Source: an uncultured Poribacteria bacterium (GTDB lineage Bacteria; Poribacteria; WGA-4E; WGA-3G). Taken from it: DNA of 64,000 nucleotides. The number at the start of each line of letters is the position of its first letter. Position 1 is the stretch's first letter. The notes below the pieces were generated by a model. That model was not told the DNA's origin, did not search any database, and saw only the letters and a program-made list of their open reading frames with translations. The position numbers were made by a program, and so were the translations under genes. Below, one piece after another: positions 36,740 through 47,083 of the stretch. The DNA is taken from NCBI GenBank assembly GCA_951813565.1, contig OX638351.1, forward strand, positions 1,408,001 to 1,472,000. Reading direction: 5' to 3'.

Positions 36740-37579
36740 ATGGAAAAAGACGATATTGAACTTATTCACAACATTTTGTCCGGCGACGAGACAGCGTTTA
36801 ATGTCTTAGTCCAAAAATACCAAAAAAGTATTCACGCTATCGCGTGGCAGAGAGTTGGAGATTTTCACGTCGCCGAAGAAATTACCCAAGATGTCTTCCT
36901 ACAGGCATATAATAAACTGTCTACGCTAAAAGACCCAAATAAGTTTGCCAGATGGCTTTATGTAATTACCAAGCGGCGCTGCGCTCGCTGGCTCCAAAGA
37001 GAAAAGCCTACAATGCAATCGTTAGAAGTCGTTGATGAGGCAACTCTGGAGAAATCCGCTTTTACACATTATGTTGCAGAGCAGCGTGAGGAAGCGGCAA
37101 CCGAGCATCGCCGCGAAGTTGTTAAAAAGCTTTTGGAAAAACTGCCGGATAGCCAACGGACAGTGGTGGCACTCTATTACTTTAGGGATATGACATCCGA
37201 AGCGATTAGCAAATTTCTGGGCGTATCTATCAACACGATTAAGAGTAGACTCAGACCTGCACGACAACGTTTGAGGGAGGAAAAAATGATCACAGTTGAA
37301 TGTTATGAGCAAGACAAATTTAAAGGGAAGAAAATAACCATTCTTCAAGATATTGAGGACCTTCAAGATAGTCTGGAACGTTCAGGGTTTGAAAACCGTA
37401 TCTCGTCTATCCGTATAATTCAAAAAGGGGATTTTCCACGCAGTGGTGGGAAAGTTGTGTTTCACGAACACCCCGATTTTGCAGGTATTTTTTTACCTAT
37501 CCACATGGAACCGGAGATATCTATGAAAGAGATACCTAATTATCCTCATTCCATCCTCTCAATTAAGATTGAAGGTTGA
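36740..37579 (+). CDS. ECF sigma factor with C-terminal beta/gamma-crystallin-like domain
   Basis: sigma2 (AEEITQDVFLQAY...FARWLY) and sigma4 (EAISKFLGVSINTIKSRL) regions, then 'CYEQDKFKG...NRISSIRI...FHEHPDFAG'. Confidence 0.82.
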   Translation: MEKDDIELIHNILSGDETAFNVLVQKYQKSIHAIAWQRVGDFHVAEEITQDVFLQAYNKLSTLKDPNKFARWLYVITKRRCARWLQREKPTMQSLEVVDEATLEKSAFTHYVAEQREEAATEHRREVVKKLLEKLPDSQRTVVALYYFRDMTSEAISKFLGVSINTIKSRLRPARQRLREEKMITVECYEQDKFKGKKITILQDIEDLQDSLERSGFENRISSIRIIQKGDFPRSGGKVVFHEHPDFAGIFLPIHMEPEISMKEIPNYPHSILSIKIEG

Positions 37580-37609
37580 GCACCCTACTGCTTTGTCAAC
37601 ATATTATTC

Positions 37610-38205
37610 TCCGTCACGATTCGGAGACCGCTCCTACCGATGGAACGCTTATGGTAGGAGGGAACTCCGATTCCTGACTACTACTTTCAAGACCCATCAA
37701 TTATCACTTGACGAGGCACTACGGTGAATCTAAGAATATGGAGTTTATAGCGGATTCTACAATTAACTGGACATCTGAGCTGTCCGAGGGAACTCCGATT
37801 CCCGACTATTAGTGGTTTCGTCGCGATTCGGAGATCGCTCCTACAGAATATATGTGAACTTATTTACATAATTTACGAGTTGTGCTAAATAACCATTTGT
37901 AGAACTTTATTTCACAAAAGAAAATGTTTGTAAGTCATTATCATATATTTATATGTTCTTCAGTCCCGCCAAATGCCATAAGCGCATTTGGCGTTGATTT
38001 GGTAGGGGCGATATGTTTATAGAAAATGATTGGACGAGCACTCTTTAGTCCCGCCAAATGCCGGACGGGGAATGCCAAAAGGCATTCATACCCGGTGAAT
38101 GACTAAAGACGAATGCGCTTTTGGCATTCGCCATGATTCATACCGTTGATTTCTTGATTTGGCGCATTTGGCGTTGATTTGGTAGGGACGATATGTTTAT
38201 AGCAC
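37610..38205. repeat. REP cluster with singly and triply nested 35-bp hairpin insertions
   Basis: Two copies of agtcc..gtaggg(g/a)cgatatgtttatag, each interrupted (37967-38000 and 38052-38180). Confidence 0.75.
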
Positions 38206-38407
38206 AAATGCAAATATATGTGAAAACCAACAAAACAAAATGTTAACTGGCACAAGTCGTATAATTTACTATAATATATTTATTTTGTCCAAACAATCCA
38301 AAAGTGCATCCGAAAATGTGTATAAATGATTCATTCCTATTTTCTGAATGATGGAGGTCTGTCCAGAAATTTGACATATTAGTCTATTCACACCAGAAAA
38401 CTGTATA

Positions 38408-39913
38408 ATGCTAACACTCATCCGCCGAGAACTTCTTGACAACCTAATGACATTCCGATTTGCTGCAGCAGTCTTCATTATGCTGTTGCTTGTAGTTGCC
38501 AACACCTTTGTGCTTATCAATGATTATGAGAGTCGATTAGCCGGCCATAATACCTCTGTCAATATGCATAAGCGACAACTGCAAGAGACTAAAACCTATT
38601 CGGCAGGTGAAGTTCGCGTTGACCGTCCGCCAAACCCATTGAGCATTTTTAATGTAGGGTTTGATAAACAACTTGGAAACGAAGCTCGTATAACCCACCA
38701 ATTTGTGCCGTCGCTGTGGGATGCTGGCATGCACGGCTCCTCTAATCCGTTTATGGATATGTTTGCTTCAATGGATATTATTTTTATTTTTCAGGTGATC
38801 CTTAGCTTGTTGGCATTGATATTTGCTTACGATGCACTTGCGGGAGAATACGAAAATGGAACTTTGCGCTTAGTCTTGACACATCCTGTTAGGCGAGGTA
38901 AAATATTGGTTGCTAAATACGTTAGTGCAATGCTCTGCCTCATTGTGCCGTTGTTGATAAGTTTGCTCCTCTCGCTTATTTTACTCACGACATCCACATC
39001 CATCGCTCTAAACACCGATGATTTTCTTCGCATCGGTGGAATCATCTTAACGTCCATTGTTTATCTTTCCGTATTCTATCTGATGGGACTGCTGATTTCT
39101 GCGGTAACCCGTAGGACGAGTACAGCATTGATGTTGTCTATGTTTGTTTGGGGATTTTTAGTATTGGTTTATCCAAATATGATTCTTGCCGTGATACCTC
39201 AACACGAGGCACCGCAGGAACGCAAGACATCCGCTTACAGTAAAATTGAACAGATGTGGAAGGAATTCGACAAAGAACGCAAGCACTACCTTGCTACTGA
39301 CGATTTTCCAGGGGAAGATTGGGGTTATGAACTAAGGGGTTGGGGAACACGTTCCAATTTTATTTTATTGGGTAATCCTCACACACTTTTCTATAAATGT
39401 CGTAGTATGATGAATTTTCAAGGGTTTGGTGAGGAAGATGAACCCAAGATTCCTCACGCACGGAAACATTTCCGCTACCTCGGTCCGAGAATTGTTGATA
39501 CCGCAGATAAGACATGGCTCGTCCGAAAGCCTGCACTTGATGACATCTTTATTCGACCTGCCAATAAAGAGAGAATCTGGTTGAAACTCTCACCAGTGGG
39601 ACTATACGATGCCGCAACACAAGCGTGGGCAGGCACTGACGTACACGGTGTTAGAGATTTTTTCGACGCTGCAAGACAATATAGAAAGCAGGTAATTGAC
39701 TATTTCTACGATACAGATGTGTTTGGATCGCGACAATGGTTCTCATCGGACAAAGGGGCTGCTGATTGGAGTGATTTACCACAATTTACTTATCAAAGGG
39801 TTGATAGCAACACAAATGCAAAGCGCGCACTGCCAGATGTATGCTTACTGCTGATGATGAATGTCGTTCTGTTTATCATTATATTTCTGATCTTCGTCAA
39901 AAGTGAGGTGTAG
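38408..39913 (+). CDS. ABC-2 type permease (subtype A)
   Basis: PPNPLSIF, YDALAGEYENGTLRLV, FGSRQWFSSDKG..DWSDLPQF. Confidence 0.88.
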   Translation: MLTLIRRELLDNLMTFRFAAAVFIMLLLVVANTFVLINDYESRLAGHNTSVNMHKRQLQETKTYSAGEVRVDRPPNPLSIFNVGFDKQLGNEARITHQFVPSLWDAGMHGSSNPFMDMFASMDIIFIFQVILSLLALIFAYDALAGEYENGTLRLVLTHPVRRGKILVAKYVSAMLCLIVPLLISLLLSLILLTTSTSIALNTDDFLRIGGIILTSIVYLSVFYLMGLLISAVTRRTSTALMLSMFVWGFLVLVYPNMILAVIPQHEAPQERKTSAYSKIEQMWKEFDKERKHYLATDDFPGEDWGYELRGWGTRSNFILLGNPHTLFYKCRSMMNFQGFGEEDEPKIPHARKHFRYLGPRIVDTADKTWLVRKPALDDIFIRPANKERIWLKLSPVGLYDAATQAWAGTDVHGVRDFFDAARQYRKQVIDYFYDTDVFGSRQWFSSDKGAADWSDLPQFTYQRVDSNTNAKRALPDVCLLLMMNVVLFIIIFLIFVKSEV

Positions 39914-39914
39914 A

Positions 39915-41327
39915 ATGGTTTGGCATATAGCAAAACGCGAACTCTACGATAACCTGAATAGCCTCAGATTTGCACTTGCTACTGTGCTGCTACTGAGTTT
40001 GATGTTAACAAATGCAGTTGTCCATCTTCGGGAACATCCAGAGCGGGTGAAACAGTATCAAAAAGGTGTCTCCGAATACCAGAATGAATTACAGTCTCAT
40101 GCTGACAACAGTCTATATGACCTTGCACAAAAGGGACCTGGTAATCTATACAAAAAACTATCCAATCTTCGTTTCTGTGCAGAGGGTGGTGAGACGTTTT
40201 TGTCAGAATACGCTGACGGAGGATACAACCGATGGAGTACCGACACATTAAAAAGTTTCTGGATCTTAGCGTATCCCACGTCAATACCTAATCGAAAAAA
40301 CGTTCGCCCAATCGTCACCAAAGTAGATTGGGGCTTTATAATTGGGTATGTATTAAGTCTTGTTGCACTCCTGTTTACTTTCGATTCGATTTCAGGAGAA
40401 CGCGAGCGTGGCACGCTGCGACTGACGTTGGCGAATTCGATCCCACGACACACCGTGCTAATTGGCAAGTTCTTGGGAGCATTGATAAGTATTAGCATTC
40501 CGTTCACGCTTTCGATATTGATGAACCTGTTGGTGATCTCTACTTCAAGTGATGTCCACCTCGGCGCTGAAGCATGGGAGCGTTTAGGTATCATTTTCTG
40601 TATCGCTCTCTTGTATACTTGCCTTTTTCTTGCGTTGGGTCTGCTCGTGTCGGCCCGAGTGAAACGGAGCGCAGTAAGTCTCGTGGTCCTGCTATTGGTT
40701 TGGGTCGTCCTTGTGGTTTTTATGCCGAGTACCCTCGCTTCTATTGCAGGTGGATCTCCATCATCAGGCCCTACACTTGACTTCTCGGAACGTTCAGAAA
40801 AACTACATGATGAACTATCAAACGAATATGACTCTAATCGATATAAAGAACCTGAGGATTCACTCAAACGGATACAGATGGATGGTGAGTATGTCATCAA
40901 AGACGCAGAACAGCAAGAACAGTTACACGCAGAACGCTTAAATCAGCGAGTCGAACAAGTAAACCGAGCACGCGCCATAACTCGTTTTTCTCCGGTTACG
41001 ATTGTGCAGCATCTCCTTGAATCCTTTGCAGGAACTGGGTTTGAGAGACATCTCCAATTTTTAGAGAATGTTAAATCTTACGCACGAGAGTTTCGGATAT
41101 TCATTGTTGATGCAGATAGAGCTGATCCAGATAGTCTCCATATCCTTGGTTTTCGTACAGGCATGTCGCAGAAACCTGTCAACCCAGAAGTTGTTCCGAT
41201 GTTTGAAGATACTCTTAATCTCAGTAAAGACTTCAATACCGCAGCGATGGATATGCTGTTGTTAACGATGTTTGTCGTAGTGCTTCTATCGGGTGCCTAT
41301 CTCGCGTTTGTCCGTGTTGAGATTTGA
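39915..41327 (+). CDS. ABC-2 type permease (subtype B)
   Basis: ATG 39915 (MVWHIAKRE), KGPGNLYK, FDSISGERERGTLRL, DSLHILG..TGMSQKPV. Confidence 0.88.
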   Translation: MVWHIAKRELYDNLNSLRFALATVLLLSLMLTNAVVHLREHPERVKQYQKGVSEYQNELQSHADNSLYDLAQKGPGNLYKKLSNLRFCAEGGETFLSEYADGGYNRWSTDTLKSFWILAYPTSIPNRKNVRPIVTKVDWGFIIGYVLSLVALLFTFDSISGERERGTLRLTLANSIPRHTVLIGKFLGALISISIPFTLSILMNLLVISTSSDVHLGAEAWERLGIIFCIALLYTCLFLALGLLVSARVKRSAVSLVVLLLVWVVLVVFMPSTLASIAGGSPSSGPTLDFSERSEKLHDELSNEYDSNRYKEPEDSLKRIQMDGEYVIKDAEQQEQLHAERLNQRVEQVNRARAITRFSPVTIVQHLLESFAGTGFERHLQFLENVKSYAREFRIFIVDADRADPDSLHILGFRTGMSQKPVNPEVVPMFEDTLNLSKDFNTAAMDMLLLTMFVVVLLSGAYLAFVRVEI

Positions 41328-41378
41328 TCGTGATGAAACCTATATAAAGTGAATTCGATAATGATTTGAAATATATCC

Positions 41379-41775
41379 GTAGGTTGGGATGAGCAAGTGA
41401 AACTAATACCTCTTGTGGGAGGCGTTTTCAACGCCGATACCTTATTCAGTCGGGCTTACAAAGCCCTCCCACAAGAAATAATATGCTAATATGGACTTTG
41501 AGTGGTCTCAATCCATCCTAAAATTATTTATAGTGAAATCTAAAATTACCTGGACAGTTCTTTATAGGTTTGATGCGTTTGTAGTCGCGCAATTCATTGC
41601 GCCTCGGACATTAACCGGTAGGCGGTGAATGCCATACGGGGAATGCCTAAATGGCATTCATACCCGCCAAATGCCTAAATGGCATTTGTAGCGTTGATTT
41701 CTTGATTTGGAGGTTTCCTAACCTCGCCTATTGCAACGTATAATTAATTGTAAAATTCACTATAACTCATGTTAT
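41379..41775. repeat. REP cluster plus MITE-like shell (41528-41765) with nested hairpin insertion
   Basis: ttatagtgaaa...ttcactataa ends; REPs at 41581 and 41618, the latter interrupted at 41623-41708. Confidence 0.72.
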
Positions 41776-41953
41776 ATATGTAAGGAGCCTCAATAACCTA
41801 ACGACCTTCGCTACACAGTAGCATTTCTGACCGTAACGTTTTATTTGAACTTTTCACAAAAAAGTGTGTGTAACCTATTAGATGTCCTGAAAACCGGACT
41901 TATCACAGAAATTTAGATTAGAAACCGTATAACCTATAAATCATTTCAAAAAA

Positions 41954-41982
41954 TGCAACCTTTATACCCTTAAAACGCGTCT
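41954..41982 (+). promoter_or_regulatory. Putative ECF sigma promoter upstream of the ABC ATPase
   Basis: TGCAACCTTTATACCCTTAAAACGCGTCT, nearly identical to minus-strand motifs at 52264-52291 and 55358-55386. Confidence 0.65.
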
Positions 41983-42047
41983 ATGCAACATAAGCCAATG
42001 TCACTTTAATGTCCAGAATAGAACACAAGATTTCAAGGAGGTACAAA

Positions 42048-42782
42048 ATGTTAGAAACCCGTGAACTAACAAAAGTCTATAACGAGAACGTTTTAGCTGT
42101 CAACAAATTGAACATGAAAGTCGAAGATGGCGAAATCTATGTCGTCCTCGGTGCGAACGGTGCAGGCAAAAGCACGACCATATCCATGCTGCTCAACTTC
42201 ATTGAACCGACAAGCGGCACTGCCCTTGTTGGGGACATTGAAATTCCAAAGTTCCCACTGGAAGCGAAAAAGCATCTTGCCTACGTTTCTGAGAACGTTG
42301 AACTTTACCGGAATTTTACGGCACGCCAAAACTTATCCTTTTTTGCAAAACTTGGAGGGCGAAAGAAAGTCTCGAATGCGGAACTGGATCAGACACTTGG
42401 CAGGGTTGGCTTAGCTGAGGAAGCGTTTACGCGGCGCGTCAAAACTTTCTCTAAAGGAATGCGGCAACGTCTCGGCATCGCAATTGCAATCATGAAGGAC
42501 GCACAAGCTGTCCTGCTTGATGAACCGACTTCAGGGCTTGATCCGAAGGGTGGCGCCGATTTCTTAAACCTTCTGCGTCAACTCAAAGAGGAAGGAAAAG
42601 CTATCTTTATGTCTACTCACGACATCTTTCGCGCGAAGGAGATCGCTGACAGGATAGGAATCCTTGTGCAAGGTAACCTTGAGCGAGAGTTAACGCGTGA
42701 AGAGATTCAAAATGAAAATCTTGAGGAATTGTATCTGCACTATGTTGCTGGATACGAACCCGAAGAAGACGCGACTGAGTAA
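42048..42782 (+). CDS. ABC transporter ATP-binding protein (ABC-2/DRA-like exporter)
   Basis: Walker A GANGAGKST, signature FSKGMRQ, Walker B LLDEPTSGLD, STHD; RBS aggagg then ATG 42048. Confidence 0.93.
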   Translation: MLETRELTKVYNENVLAVNKLNMKVEDGEIYVVLGANGAGKSTTISMLLNFIEPTSGTALVGDIEIPKFPLEAKKHLAYVSENVELYRNFTARQNLSFFAKLGGRKKVSNAELDQTLGRVGLAEEAFTRRVKTFSKGMRQRLGIAIAIMKDAQAVLLDEPTSGLDPKGGADFLNLLRQLKEEGKAIFMSTHDIFRAKEIADRIGILVQGNLERELTREEIQNENLEELYLHYVAGYEPEEDATE

Positions 42783-42869
42783 AACTTAGTGCATTCATTA
42801 GTTCAGTTATTGTATAATTTTATTGTGAGGCGGGATACTGTGCCCGCCATCGTTCATTGCAAGACGTTA

Positions 42870-43021
42870 ACGTGAGTTTGTTAATAGATATATGAACTTC
42901 ATTTTGCATAAAATCTTATTCTCATAAGCCCGGTAGGTGCGGTTTCCCGACGAATGCCACAGGCGCATTTGGCGTTGATTCACCGCACCGAGTCCAAAAA
43001 TCTGATTTATCAAACTCCCGT
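42870..43021. mobile_element. MITE with 9-bp target-site duplication
   Basis: TIRs acgtgagtttg / caaactcccgt; flanking direct repeat aagacgtta at 42861-42869 and 43022-43030. Confidence 0.75.
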
Positions 43022-43102
43022 AAGACGTTAGTTTAGGCGGGGCACAGAGACCCCGCTCTACAATTGTTAATTAAGGTATGATACACACTAAAAGGAAAAA
43101 CC

Positions 43103-45355
43103 GTGCGAATTAAAATACTTATGCTGGTTTGCGTCATCGTGATGGGGATGTCCTTGCAAGTTGTAATGGCAGCAGAGCATGAAGAGACACCTCCCACCGA
43201 TGTTGACACCACGAAGACCAGAGATGAGCAGAGCCGTCAAATCTTAATAGAGACCGCCCGTTTAGAGATGAATTTGGCGGAAAATCTGATGGAAAAGAAA
43301 CAAATTGAACTTGAGAACTTACGAACGATGATGGAAGAGGAAAACAACATCGTTACTGTCTCAGAAGTAAATAAAGCTGAAGAGGAATATGAGAGCGCTG
43401 CCTCGGAATATGAGAAGTCAAAACTCAATCTGCAACAGGTAGAGCTCGATTCGCTCAAAGACGCTTGGCACATCACAGTTGAAGGTACGCGTCTATATGA
43501 ATCGCGTGACGGTCGTGAAATGTTTTCCATCACATTGCGGAATAGTTCGTTACCTGTCAAATTGGTAGAGAGTTCAAAAGTACTGGAACGAGAGATTGTT
43601 ATCAGCGCACAGATTGACGACATAATCGTATCAATTAAAGAGAAGGAAGGTTTTGGTTCTGCAGGTGCGATTATTGCCAAACCTTACGAGCGCCGAATCG
43701 AAACACTCAAAGAGAACGGAGCTGTCACTTTGGAATTTGAACTCATTAAAGAGGATGTGCGGGATGTTGTAGTCCACTTAGACTACCTTGATACCGAAGA
43801 TGAACGTCATATTCATCTACAGCAGGAAGACCCATATATATCCGTCGTGTCAGCGAGGCGATACAAGGAGGGCGATCGGAGACGTTTGGAACTTGTTATC
43901 ACGTATGGTGCAGTGAAAGATGAAACAGATGAGACCAATGTTAATACAGCACAAGAGATCAACAATGTCTATGTTTCCATCAAAGACGAAAGTGACGCTA
44001 TTATCGGGTTTCCTTACGAGTTCCGCATCCCGACGTTAAAAGATGGACAGGAGAAGACTCTTGACTTTGAACTAAGACGCAATGTGGATAGTCTTATCGT
44101 TAATCTACGATACCTTGACAAGGATAACCCCTATAAAATCCATCTTGAAGAAGACACGCGTCATATCTCTATTCTCAGTGCGAAAAAATTTCGCGTCGAC
44201 AACCAGATGATGGTGACAATTCAATTAAAAAACACATCAACAACAGAAGCAATGCCAATCAATGCGACTCCGGAAGAAATCGCGGCGGCAAATGAAATCC
44301 GCGCTATTTATGTTTCTTTACTTGATGCCGTGGATAGCACAAATATTGTTAAACCGTATGAAGAGAAAATTGCTGTTCTCGGTTACAATCAAACCGCAGA
44401 ATTGACGTTCCAACTCCAGAAAGATGTTGATAGTGTCAAGGTATCAATGAAGTACCCAGAAATTCTCGAACCGGACACCCGTTTGATCTATCTCCAAAAA
44501 GAGTCCGCATTAGATGTAGTAAATGTCAGTTCGCTACGTTTTTCACAGGAAGGCAATTTAGGCAGCAGTGTTACTTACGATTTGACATTGGATAGGTTGG
44601 CAGAGACCGAAAACACGTTTCAATTGCGTGTCATAAACTTGTTAAATCGCCTTTCCTTTGAATTTCAAGACCCAGATACAAAGTCGCGGCAGTCACAGGT
44701 AAAGTTCACACAGGAACAGTCGAAACGGAATCTGTCGTTAATTGTTTATCTACCAGAAGAATTGGATGCATCCTATCTTGATAGCACACTTGAATTCTAT
44801 GTTGCCGTACTTGATGAAACCGAAGCAAGCGAACTCGGAGGTACTAACAACCGATTGGATTTACCCGCGGACAAGATTGCCAGCATTCAAGGGGGTGTGG
44901 AACGGTTTGAACTGATTCCGAAAGGTGTCCCGGAAATTGAGGTTGTCGTCCAAAACACGTTTCAAACTATTAAAATTGGCGAACAAGTTAACATGACCAC
45001 AACGCTAAAAAACATCGGCACTCGCGACCTTGTTGATATCCGCATGTTGGTTGATGTCAACCCGGATTGGAAATACACAGTGTCACCTGAAGTTATTGGA
45101 TCACTTGGGCGAAACGAAGAAACAGAAATACAACTCACACTAAATCCACCAGCGGACATTACGGTAGGAGAATATCAAGCGAAACTCAACGCGGAAGTAA
45201 CGGTTGACAACCGCAAGTTTCAGGCACGCGACCGTTCTATCACAGTACAAATCGAGTCAAAATCACAAATGTCGGTGACGACGTTATTGTTTGGTGCGTT
45301 GATACTCCTCATGATCGGTATCGTTATCGTCACAATCCGCATTAGCCGACGGTAG
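43103..45355 (+). CDS. Periplasmic protein with N-terminal coiled-coil hairpin, repeated Ig-like domains, NEW3-like domain and C-terminal TM anchor
   Basis: Signal peptide, alpha-hairpin-like segment (~aa 45-115), three related 'I..I.VS.......II..PYE..I..L' units, 'KNIGTRDL...PDWKYTVSP...PPADITVGEY', C-terminal hydrophobic helix plus RISRR. Confidence 0.75.
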   Translation: MRIKILMLVCVIVMGMSLQVVMAAEHEETPPTDVDTTKTRDEQSRQILIETARLEMNLAENLMEKKQIELENLRTMMEEENNIVTVSEVNKAEEEYESAASEYEKSKLNLQQVELDSLKDAWHITVEGTRLYESRDGREMFSITLRNSSLPVKLVESSKVLEREIVISAQIDDIIVSIKEKEGFGSAGAIIAKPYERRIETLKENGAVTLEFELIKEDVRDVVVHLDYLDTEDERHIHLQQEDPYISVVSARRYKEGDRRRLELVITYGAVKDETDETNVNTAQEINNVYVSIKDESDAIIGFPYEFRIPTLKDGQEKTLDFELRRNVDSLIVNLRYLDKDNPYKIHLEEDTRHISILSAKKFRVDNQMMVTIQLKNTSTTEAMPINATPEEIAAANEIRAIYVSLLDAVDSTNIVKPYEEKIAVLGYNQTAELTFQLQKDVDSVKVSMKYPEILEPDTRLIYLQKESALDVVNVSSLRFSQEGNLGSSVTYDLTLDRLAETENTFQLRVINLLNRLSFEFQDPDTKSRQSQVKFTQEQSKRNLSLIVYLPEELDASYLDSTLEFYVAVLDETEASELGGTNNRLDLPADKIASIQGGVERFELIPKGVPEIEVVVQNTFQTIKIGEQVNMTTTLKNIGTRDLVDIRMLVDVNPDWKYTVSPEVIGSLGRNEETEIQLTLNPPADITVGEYQAKLNAEVTVDNRKFQARDRSITVQIESKSQMSVTTLLFGALILLMIGIVIVTIRISRR

Positions 45356-45364
45356 AAAACAATT

Positions 45365-45520
45365 TAGGACTTACGCACAAACGGTAGGCGGGGAATGCCA
45401 AAAGGCATTCATACCGTTGATTTGGCGTTTTGTAAACGCGCTGATAATTCAAAATTCTGCTGAAATTACACCATTTTAGCCATAATTATTCCAAAAATCG
45501 TGAAAATCGCGTAAGTCCTA
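45365..45520. mobile_element. MITE with REP core and 35-bp insertion
   Basis: TIRs taggacttacgc / gcgtaagtccta; acaatt on both flanks. Confidence 0.7.
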
Positions 45521-45526
45521 CAATTC

Positions 45527-46945
45527 ATGGAGATTAAAATGAATAAAAGGTTGACACCGCTGGCAGTCCGCCTATTTTTTATTTTTGCATTGTTTGTAAG
45601 CCAAAATTTATTATTTAAAGGAGTTGGTATTGTATCGGCACAGGAACTCGTTTCACTTCGGCCAACTCGTGCCATAGAACTCGCTTTGCAGAACAACGAG
45701 GCGGTGAAAAAGGCGGAAAAAGTAGTGGAACGCGCAAAGGCAAACCTGCGCGTGTCTAAGGCTGTGTACTTGCCACAAGTAGGGATCACCAGCGAATATC
45801 AACGCCAAAAAAATGGCGATTTTAACGAAAGAGATTATCTTACCCGTGCACAGATGAGTGTTATCCTCGCTCAATTTGGTGAAATTCCGAAAGGGCTTGA
45901 CGCGACACAAGAAGAAGTGCGCAAGGCGGAGATAGAATACGAACGTATAAAGAAGGAAACTGTTCACGCCGTTCGAAATCTCTGGCATGACCTTACGCTC
46001 ACACAAGAAGAAATCACGCAACGTCAAGCGATTGAGGTAGAACTCCAGAAAAAACTGAAGAGCACACAACTCAAACACGATAAGAAACGTATTCCTTTTC
46101 TCAGTCGTCTCAATACGGAACTTGAATTGTCTGAACAGCAACTTGATCTCAACAAACTTCAACGACGACTTGACGTGGACACAGCGGAACTCATTCGCCT
46201 GACGGGACTTGACCCGCTGGCGCAAGTTGCTCTCTCACAATCCCTCCCAGATGATGACATAACACTGGATGCCGCCGTTGAACTTGCACTTGCTAATCGG
46301 CTTGACTTGCGCGACTTACAAGGTGATATTGCGCGTCAGGAACGCCTCGTCGTTGAGACAGTGTGGAATCGATTTCCTGAAATCTCTGCTGAAGCACGTT
46401 ACAAAGATCTGCATCTACTATTACAACAACACCAACAAAACCGAACTTGGGATGCAAAGGCGCTATATGATCCGATAATACATGACCGAGAACGGGATGC
46501 CGCGAGCATTTTCGCAACAGACCCACGCACACAAGACGGATGGGAGCTGCGCTTCAACCTCAACATTCCACTATATGATGGGAAAAAGACAGCAAACCTT
46601 CGCTCTATCGAGCTCGCAGAACTTGACAGACTCCAATTGGAATACGTTGAGAAAACGAAACTCATCAAGGTGGCAGTGCGTCGCGATTATCGGGAAGTGG
46701 CAAATGCGAAAGAACGCATGGAAATTGAACAGAAACGGGTGAAAATCTTTGAGCATCAACTAAGGGCAATAGAACAGGCACTTGAAGGCACTGTTGAAAT
46801 ACAGGGGTATCGCGGGTTGACTCTTAACGATGCTTTTCAGGCACAAGCACAATTCACACAGGCGCAACGGGTCTTTTATCAGGCACGCAGAGATTACGCG
46901 AAAGCAAAGGAAAAACTACGGGAAACGATGGCTTGGATAGAGTAA
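45527..46945 (+). CDS. TolC family outer-membrane efflux protein
   Basis: 'AIELALQNN...YLPQV', 'AVELALANRLDL', 'LNIPLYDG' two-repeat OEP architecture. Confidence 0.88.
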   Translation: MEIKMNKRLTPLAVRLFFIFALFVSQNLLFKGVGIVSAQELVSLRPTRAIELALQNNEAVKKAEKVVERAKANLRVSKAVYLPQVGITSEYQRQKNGDFNERDYLTRAQMSVILAQFGEIPKGLDATQEEVRKAEIEYERIKKETVHAVRNLWHDLTLTQEEITQRQAIEVELQKKLKSTQLKHDKKRIPFLSRLNTELELSEQQLDLNKLQRRLDVDTAELIRLTGLDPLAQVALSQSLPDDDITLDAAVELALANRLDLRDLQGDIARQERLVVETVWNRFPEISAEARYKDLHLLLQQHQQNRTWDAKALYDPIIHDRERDAASIFATDPRTQDGWELRFNLNIPLYDGKKTANLRSIELAELDRLQLEYVEKTKLIKVAVRRDYREVANAKERMEIEQKRVKIFEHQLRAIEQALEGTVEIQGYRGLTLNDAFQAQAQFTQAQRVFYQARRDYAKAKEKLRETMAWIE

Positions 46946-47083
46946 ACAATGTTTCCCGTAGTCGCGCAATTCATAGCGCCTCTTTTTAACGCCTTTTAAG
47001 TGTGGTTTCACACTTTATATATTCAAAACCGAAAATTGAATGGCTCTGGTAAACACAATAGGCAGGACTTGTTTTTCTCCTGC

